Origin: Pseudoalteromonas translucida KMM 520 | Lineage (GTDB): Bacteria > Pseudomonadota > Gammaproteobacteria > Enterobacterales > Alteromonadaceae | Direction of reading: 5' to 3' | Assembly: GCF_001465295.1 (NCBI RefSeq) | Contig: NZ_CP011034.1 | Span: forward strand, 2,610,001 to 2,642,000 | Length of the DNA: 32,000 nucleotides | In this document: piece after piece, positions 26,690 through 32,000 of the stretch | How positions within the stretch are numbered: position 1 is the stretch's first letter | How the letters are laid out: every line of letters starts with the position of its first letter | The notes under the pieces: model-generated | What the model was told of the DNA's origin: nothing | Database searches by the model: none | What the model saw: only the letters and a program-made list of their open reading frames with translations | Position numbers and translations under genes: made by a program

Positions 26690-27574
26690 GTGAGATTTGA
26701 ACAACTGGAACAATTCATAGCACTTGGCATGTTACGCCACTTCAGACAAGCCGCAGAACAAACTAAAATAAGCACGTCAGCGCTTACACGTAGCATTCAA
26801 ACTCTTGAAGAAGAAATAGGCTATGAGTTAGTTAAGCGCTCTACTCGCTCGGTACACCTTACTGATGCGGGCGAACTTTTTCTTGATTATGCTAAAAATA
26901 CGCTTAGTGAGTTGGCATTAACTAAACAGCGTATTTTTCAATCTATTAATGGCACTATTGAAAAAAAGCTAATTATTGGCTACACCAACAAAGCAAGCAG
27001 TGTTGTACCTATTTCATGTGGGCAATTTTTAAATCAATATCCACATATTAAAATTGAAATGCAACTTCAAGATAAACACGAACTTTCGCGTAAACTGCAA
27101 CAGGGCGAAATAGATATTAGTGTTTATTCGCAAGCCATAAACAGTATTGGTAGTGATATTCACTTACCTGATCAGCTAATTCTATTTGTTTCTAAAAATC
27201 ATCCGCTTGCGCATAAAACCGACATTAGCAAACAAGAGCTAGATCACTACCCTATGTTTGGCTGTTTTTCACAATCTAAACCCGTACAGCTTATGCTTAA
27301 TGAAGCCATTGATGGATTAAACAAATCATCTAGTATTAAAGTTGGCAGCATAGAACAAGTAATGGCAGGCCTTGAAAAGTCAGATCATTTTGCAATTGCG
27401 GGCATTGAGCACACCAATGCCATTGCTGAAAATAGTAATCTTATTCAGTTAAAAACCAATAAAGACTTAAGCCGTGAGCAACTTATAGTACAAACAAGTC
27501 AAAAAATTGAAGTGGGTGAGCACATAGAGCACTTGCTATCACTGATAAAAAAAATGGCTATGACGATAAACTAA
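26690..27574 (+). CDS. LysR-family transcriptional regulator
   Basis: 294 aa. N-terminal wHTH: LEQFIALGMLRHFRQAAEQTKISTSALTRSIQTLEEEIGYELVKRSTRSVHLTDAG. C-terminal LysR substrate-binding fold. GTG start with an AGGGA SD 7 nt upstream. Confidence 0.88.
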   Translation: MRFEQLEQFIALGMLRHFRQAAEQTKISTSALTRSIQTLEEEIGYELVKRSTRSVHLTDAGELFLDYAKNTLSELALTKQRIFQSINGTIEKKLIIGYTNKASSVVPISCGQFLNQYPHIKIEMQLQDKHELSRKLQQGEIDISVYSQAINSIGSDIHLPDQLILFVSKNHPLAHKTDISKQELDHYPMFGCFSQSKPVQLMLNEAIDGLNKSSSIKVGSIEQVMAGLEKSDHFAIAGIEHTNAIAENSNLIQLKTNKDLSREQLIVQTSQKIEVGEHIEHLLSLIKKMAMTIN

Positions 27575-27666
27575 TAAACAAAATAAGTGCCTTTAAACAT
27601 ATAAATGATGGCTATTAAGTTGCTTTGCACTAGACTGGCTGTTCTTTATTTTAATAGTTAGTATCA

Positions 27667-28287
27667 ATGGGCAACTTTATTACCTCAGAAATATATTTAG
27701 ATCATATTGAAGCTTATGGTTACGCTATTGTTGAAAACGCCATTGATGAAGGCTTAATGTCTGATTTAATGGCCGATTGCTACCGGATAAACCCGCATTT
27801 TAGCTTAGCTGGAATTGGCCGCTTAAATAACCAGCAAATAGATAGTACTATTCGTAAAGACAAAACATACTGGTTTGATGGCAGTTCGCAAGCCCAAAAA
27901 AACTATCAAACGGCGATGGAAGGCATTAGAACAACACTTAACCGGTGTTTTTTTATGGGGCTATTTGATTATGAATGCCACTACGCTAAATACACTTTAG
28001 GTGACTTTTATAAAAAGCATGTTGATGCTTTTAAAGGTCGTTCTAACCGTGTTTTTACCACCGTTTTATACTTAAACACGCCACAACAAGGCGGCGAGTT
28101 AGTTATTTATAAACCTAAAAGTAAAGACATTGAAATTACTATTAGGCCAACAGCTGGCACCTTAGTCTTATTTGAAAGCGAACGCTTTGTTCATGAAGTG
28201 CTGCCTGCGGTTGATGAGCGCTACTCGATTGCTGGTTGGTTCAGAAAAAACACGTCAATCAGTGGCATTATTGATCCCCCCCGCTAA
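27667..28287 (+). CDS. 2OG-Fe(II) oxygenase, prolyl 4-hydroxylase (PHD/EGLN, SM-20-related) type
   Basis: 206 aa. HxD...H facial triad (KKHVDAF ... RFVHEV), a basic residue for 2OG binding in the final strand (YSIAGWFRK), and GGELVIY, typical of the double-stranded beta-helix core. Confidence 0.8.
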   Translation: MGNFITSEIYLDHIEAYGYAIVENAIDEGLMSDLMADCYRINPHFSLAGIGRLNNQQIDSTIRKDKTYWFDGSSQAQKNYQTAMEGIRTTLNRCFFMGLFDYECHYAKYTLGDFYKKHVDAFKGRSNRVFTTVLYLNTPQQGGELVIYKPKSKDIEITIRPTAGTLVLFESERFVHEVLPAVDERYSIAGWFRKNTSISGIIDPPR

Positions 28288-28294
28288 CAGTACT

Positions 28295-28324
28295 CTACCC
28301 TGTCATTAAAATGCGACAGGGTAG
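28295..28324. other. perfect 10-bp hairpin spanning the ubiA stop codon, between convergent genes
   Basis: CTACCCTGTC (28295-28304) pairs with GACAGGGTAG (28315-28324) around a 10-nt loop that contains the ubiA stop. There is no U-tract on either strand, so a terminator function is uncertain. Confidence 0.5.
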
Positions 28325-29184
28325 GAAAACAATAAGCCGATAAAAAAGGCTAATCCTACATAATGATTGTTTAAAAACGCTTTAAAACAATCGGTGCGTG
28401 CGCGTTGTTGAATAAGCACTTGTTGGTAAACTAACAATACAATAGCAACACTAAGACCAAGCCAATAACTCAGCCCAATATTATTAAGTGCTCCTATCGC
28501 GATCATTAACGTAATAAAGGCTAAATTAAGTCCCCCTATAATGTGACGATCGTATTTACCAAATAAAATAGCGGTAGATTTAACCCCTATTTTTAAGTCA
28601 TCATCTCTGTCGACCATGGCATACATAGTGTCGTAGGCTACCGTCCAGCAAATATTAGCAATAAATAATAGCCAAGCCTGTATAGGAAGTGCATTAATTG
28701 ACGCCATAAAAGCCATAGGAATAGCCCAGCCAAATGCTGCACCTAACACCACTTGCGGTAATTGCGTGTAACGCTTCATAAACGGGTAACAAAACGCTAA
28801 AGCAAGTGCACCAAAAGAGAGCAGTATTGTATTTACACTAAGCATTAACACCAGTAAAAATGCGACTGTTATTAATAATATAAACAAACTAATCGCTTCA
28901 CCACTGCTAACCTGCCCTGAAACTAATGGCCGCTGCATTGTACGTTTAACCGAACCGTCTATTTTTCTGTCGGCAAAATCATTAATAACGCATCCGGCGC
29001 TGCGCATTATCACAACACCCAGCGTAAATACTATAAAGTTAGTTAAACTTGGCATTCCTGCATTTGCTAACCACAGCGCCCAATATGTGGGCCAAAGTAA
29101 TAGTAAAGTACCTATTGGTTTATCTATACGCATGAGCGCAATATAATAAGGGATATGACTTGGGGTTAAACGCGCTAATTTCAT
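28306..29184 (-). CDS. ubiA: 4-hydroxybenzoate octaprenyltransferase
   Basis: 292 aa. UbiA prenyltransferase motifs [23 protein letters not shown] (E. coli [23 protein letters not shown]) and [16 protein letters not shown]. Multi-pass membrane protein. The start overlaps the ubiC stop (ATGA). Confidence 0.95.
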   Translation of the reverse strand: MKLARLTPSHIPYYIALMRIDKPIGTLLLLWPTYWALWLANAGMPSLTNFIVFTLGVVIMRSAGCVINDFADRKIDGSVKRTMQRPLVSGQVSSGEAISLFILLITVAFLLVLMLSVNTILLSFGALALAFCYPFMKRYTQLPQVVLGAAFGWAIPMAFMASINALPIQAWLLFIANICWTVAYDTMYAMVDRDDDLKIGVKSTAILFGKYDRHIIGGLNLAFITLMIAIGALNNIGLSYWLGLSVAIVLLVYQQVLIQQRARTDCFKAFLNNHYVGLAFFIGLLFSYPVAF

Positions 29185-29726
29185 GAGTACAAATACGCTC
29201 CTGGTAAAAACACTTCACACACTAAAAACTTATAATCTTTAAGCGAAAATAGACTGCGACGGCCAAGTAAAATTTGCGATGGTAACTTTAATTGTGCAAC
29301 AAGCTGTTGTAATGAATGCTGGGTATTAAAGCGCGCAATTTCTATATCTGTACGGGTTAATTGTGGGTCCTGAAAAATCACATCGCCTAATGGTCGCTCC
29401 CCCATATTATGTAATTTATTATTTGCGGCGTTAACGCTTGCTGGCAACCAGCTTTGCGCATAAACAACCGGTTTATTATCGCAAAGTAAAAGTACCTCTC
29501 GGTTAAGCGCAGTAGTTTGCGTACAGCCTAATAATTGTTGTTGCTCTGCACTAAGCTCAAACTCTTGCTCACTAAGTACTTTTACACTAAAACACTGTGA
29601 GCGACTTTTTAATTTGGCTGTTAATGAATGCGGTTCAAATAACCACTCTTGCTCTGCACTCGATAAATCACTAAACAGTGAGGCACATTGCCAATCGGCA
29701 GATAATGAAACAGGGAAAGTAATCAC
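29181..29726 (-). CDS. ubiC: chorismate pyruvate-lyase
   Basis: 181 aa. It sits immediately upstream of ubiA and is translationally coupled to it. LTAKLK, REVLL, PLGDVIF and [19 protein letters not shown] parallel E. coli UbiC (MTKRFE, REILL, PLGRYLF, LLLTELFLPASPLY). The start is a GTG without an obvious SD, so the 5' end is uncertain. Confidence 0.82.
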   Translation of the reverse strand: MITFPVSLSADWQCASLFSDLSSAEQEWLFEPHSLTAKLKSRSQCFSVKVLSEQEFELSAEQQQLLGCTQTTALNREVLLLCDNKPVVYAQSWLPASVNAANNKLHNMGERPLGDVIFQDPQLTRTDIEIARFNTQHSLQQLVAQLKLPSQILLGRRSLFSLKDYKFLVCEVFLPGAYLYS

Positions 29727-29880
29727 AATTGCTCTACTTAATAAAAATCAGTTGAATAATAACATTGCCAAAGCATTTGAAAAAGTACGATTTACTGCCA
29801 CTAATAGTTGCTCTGCGCTGTATATTAGGCACTATAAGGTATAAACTATTTACAACACGTTTATAGAAACAGCATTTAAC

Positions 29881-30279
29881 ATGAAAAAAACAGTATTCGC
29901 CGGCCTTTTTGTACTTATCGCAAGTTTAGTAAGCTTAACCGCACGAGCAGACTCGACTGTGGGTTACTTTGGTTTTGAGCCAGACATTATTACCAACTAC
30001 ATTGGCGCATCGAGTAAAAAAATGGGCTATGTGCGCATTACTATTGATTTAATGCTTAATAACGCATCAGACATTGCAACCGTAGAGCACCATACGCCAT
30101 TGCTACGCGACGCCTTAGTTGAAATTTTATCTAAAGAACCTGAAGATAAAATAAAATCGCTCAGTGGCCGTGAAGAAATAAGAGTAAAAAGTGCAGTAAA
30201 ACTTAAAAGCTTATTAAAAGAAGAAACGGGACAAGAGATCATCCGTGAAGTCTTGTTCACCAAGTATTTATATCACTAA
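29881..30279 (+). CDS. secreted or membrane-anchored FliL-like (flagellar basal body-associated protein family) protein
   Basis: 132 aa. Signal/anchor peptide MKKTVFAGLFVLIASLVSLTARA. The rest follows the FliL pattern: FEPDIITNY, YVRITIDLML, HTPLLRDALVEILS, SGREEIRVKSAVKLKSLL, VREVLFTKYLY. Confidence 0.7.
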   Translation: MKKTVFAGLFVLIASLVSLTARADSTVGYFGFEPDIITNYIGASSKKMGYVRITIDLMLNNASDIATVEHHTPLLRDALVEILSKEPEDKIKSLSGREEIRVKSAVKLKSLLKEETGQEIIREVLFTKYLYH

Positions 30280-31100
30280 TTGTGGCTTTTAGTTCTTAAC
30301 ATAGACGTGGTAACGGCATAAGCCATACCGCTAATTAACCCGCCTAAATGCGCCCAATTAGCCATTCCTATAAACAACACATCCGCAAATCCAAGCACCA
30401 ACCAAATTAGCATAAAACCAATAATTGCAGTGCTTACTAATGCAGGTTGTTTAGGGTTTAAGGCGCTGTAAATCCAGCAAAAGCCAAGTAGCGCATACAC
30501 CACACCACTTAATCCGCCAAAGTTAGGGCCAACCATTAAATATTGTGCCCAATTGCTGATTAAGGCACTTACCACAAATAGCCCTATTAAGCTTAGCTTG
30601 CCACATTGTTTTTCGATGTTATCGCCAAGCGACACCCACCAAACTAAGTTAAATACAATATGCATGGCGCTAAAGTGCACTATAGCGGGAGTAATCCACG
30701 TTAATGGCTCGGCAGGATTAAACTGCAACGTGGTATATATTGTTTCAAACCCACCCAATAAAAATGCAATATAAATAATAATACTTAAAATGCTAACCGT
30801 TTGATTAAGCCAGCTAAGCGCTTTAAATCGCGCCATTAAATTCAGCGATTGCCCTTGATACTTAAGCGGTGATTGCGTGCTTCCTACTTCCCAAGATGCT
30901 TGCTGATAGCGGGCATGATTGGGATTTTGCGTAAACTCCGCCCAAAGCGGTTGCACTTGATGAAAGTGCTCAGGTAATACGCTAATAATTACTGTGCTAC
31001 CATCTGTTGAACGTAACTCGCCTTGCAAGCCTTGGCTTTTTAAATAGTCTATAAAGCCTTGTGCAGCACGCGGATTATTTAAACTGCCAAGCTCTATCAT
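30276..31100 (-). CDS. glpG: rhomboid intramembrane serine protease GlpG
   Basis: 274 aa, colinear with E. coli GlpG: NPRAAQGFIDYLKSQG, HFSAMHIVFNLVWW, catalytic GGLSGVVYAL, and AHLGGLISG (His). The start overlaps the glpE stop (ATGA). Confidence 0.93.
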   Translation of the reverse strand: MIELGSLNNPRAAQGFIDYLKSQGLQGELRSTDGSTVIISVLPEHFHQVQPLWAEFTQNPNHARYQQASWEVGSTQSPLKYQGQSLNLMARFKALSWLNQTVSILSIIIYIAFLLGGFETIYTTLQFNPAEPLTWITPAIVHFSAMHIVFNLVWWVSLGDNIEKQCGKLSLIGLFVVSALISNWAQYLMVGPNFGGLSGVVYALLGFCWIYSALNPKQPALVSTAIIGFMLIWLVLGFADVLFIGMANWAHLGGLISGMAYAVTTSMLRTKSHN

Positions 31101-31414
31101 CGTTCAACTTTCTCGCTGTAGGCCACTTCCCACGCTGTAAAACCGCCATCCATGCTGTACACATCTTCAAAACCTTGCTCCACTAAGTAGCTTGCTGCGC
31201 CTTGCGAGCTCATACCGTGATAACAAACAATAATTATTGGCTGATCAAACTCTTTTTCCATCATGAAATGTGCAATATTAGCGTTCGAAAGCGCTTCAGA
31301 ACCAGGAATATGCCCCGCTTGATATGAATTTGGATCGCGGATGTCTGCAATTACCACGTCTTCTTTATCTAATAACTCAAGAGTTTGTGCTATTGATATA
31401 TGTTTAAATGCCAT
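31097..31414 (-). CDS. glpE: thiosulfate sulfurtransferase (single-domain rhodanese) GlpE
   Basis: 105 aa, colinear with E. coli GlpE: DIRDPNSYQAGHIPGS, active-site loop CYHGMSSQGAA, DGGFTAW. Confidence 0.92.
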   Translation of the reverse strand: MAFKHISIAQTLELLDKEDVVIADIRDPNSYQAGHIPGSEALSNANIAHFMMEKEFDQPIIIVCYHGMSSQGAASYLVEQGFEDVYSMDGGFTAWEVAYSEKVER

Positions 31415-31445
31415 TGAAATCTCTTTTAAAAATAATTAAAACAAT

Positions 31446-31472
31446 AAAAAAGGCGACTCAAGCCGCCTTTTT
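31446..31472 (-). terminator. rho-independent terminator downstream of tdh
   Basis: The minus-strand RNA is AAAAAGGCGGC-uuga-GUCGCCUUUUUUAUU: a 6-bp GC stem with one G-U pair and a U-tract. It lies about 32 nt after the tdh stop. Confidence 0.7.
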
Positions 31473-31503
31473 AATACTATTGCTAGAACCGTATTAAACT
31501 AAA

Positions 31504-32000
31504 TTAATCCCAGTTTAGTATCACTTTGCCTGATTGTCCTGAAATCATCATATCAAAACCAGCTTGAAAGTCGTCTATTGAATATTGATGAGTAATAATT
31601 GGGTTTAAGTCTAAACCTGATTGAATAAGACTTGCCATTTTATACCAGGTTTCGAACATTTCACGGCCATAAATACCTTTGATCACTAAGCCTTTAAAAA
31701 TAACTTGGTTCCAATCTACTGCCATATCTGATGGTGGAATACCTAGCATGGCAACTTTACCACCATGATTCATGTTATTTAGCATAGAATTAAAAGCACT
31801 TGGTACACCCGACATTTCAAGGCCAATATCGAAGCCTTCAGTCATACCTAGCTCTTTTATTACATCTTCAAGCTTTTCGTTGGCTACGTTAACAGCGCGT
31901 GTTGCACCCATTTTACGTGCTAGCGCTAAGCGGTATTCGTTTACATCGCTAATAACTACGTGACGTGCACCTACGTGTTTTGCCACGGCCGCTGCCATAA
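31504..32000 (-). CDS. tdh: L-threonine 3-dehydrogenase, 3' portion (5' end outside window)
   Basis: The reading frame is open to the window edge. The C-terminal 164 aa are near-colinear with E. coli Tdh: [72 protein letters not shown]. Confidence 0.95.
   Translation of the reverse strand, partial: MAAAVAKHVGARHVVISDVNEYRLALARKMGATRAVNVANEKLEDVIKELGMTEGFDIGLEMSGVPSAFNSMLNNMNHGGKVAMLGIPPSDMAVDWNQVIFKGLVIKGIYGREMFETWYKMASLIQSGLDLNPIITHQYSIDDFQAGFDMMISGQSGKVILNWD

Overview
This is an AT-rich (about 40% GC by eye), almost fully coding chromosomal window. Its gene content and protein similarities look like a marine gammaproteobacterium of the Alteromonadales/Vibrionales type, possibly Pseudoalteromonas-like; that assignment is inference from protein similarity only. 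Most of the window is housekeeping. It holds panE (5' partial), thiI, a TetR-family regulator and coaD. The arginine cluster argC-argB-argF-argG-argH(A) runs divergently from argE, with an ARG box in the shared control region. Next come a large PLP-dependent decarboxylase (possibly PanP) and a membrane sensor whose GGDEF and EAL motifs are both degenerate. A tightly coupled operon follows (mpl, ubiX, yadG, yadH, TrmB-like methyltransferase). After that come folB-folK-uppP, plsY, tsaD, yjaG, a DUF2007/zinc-ribbon gene and a DUF2721 gene. The window ends with a LysR regulator plus a 2OG-Fe(II) oxygenase, ubiC-ubiA, a FliL-like gene, glpE-glpG and tdh (partial). I saw no rRNA, tRNA, CRISPR array, transposase or integrase. 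The stand-out is a roughly 2 kb, markedly more AT-rich block (3715-5700, minus strand) wedged between coaD and the terminator of argH(A). It consists of a consensus sigma54 (-24/-12) promoter, a 63-aa Gln-rich soluble protein ending in ...ELQRGG-VIVVRPK, and three tandem, translationally coupled paralogous five-helix membrane proteins. I cannot assign any of these to a known family. Secondary points of interest are the doubly degenerate GGDEF-EAL sensor, the ArgH-acetyltransferase fusion, the candidate PanP decarboxylase, and a perfect 16-bp inverted repeat in a 304-bp AT-rich spacer upstream of the LysR gene.
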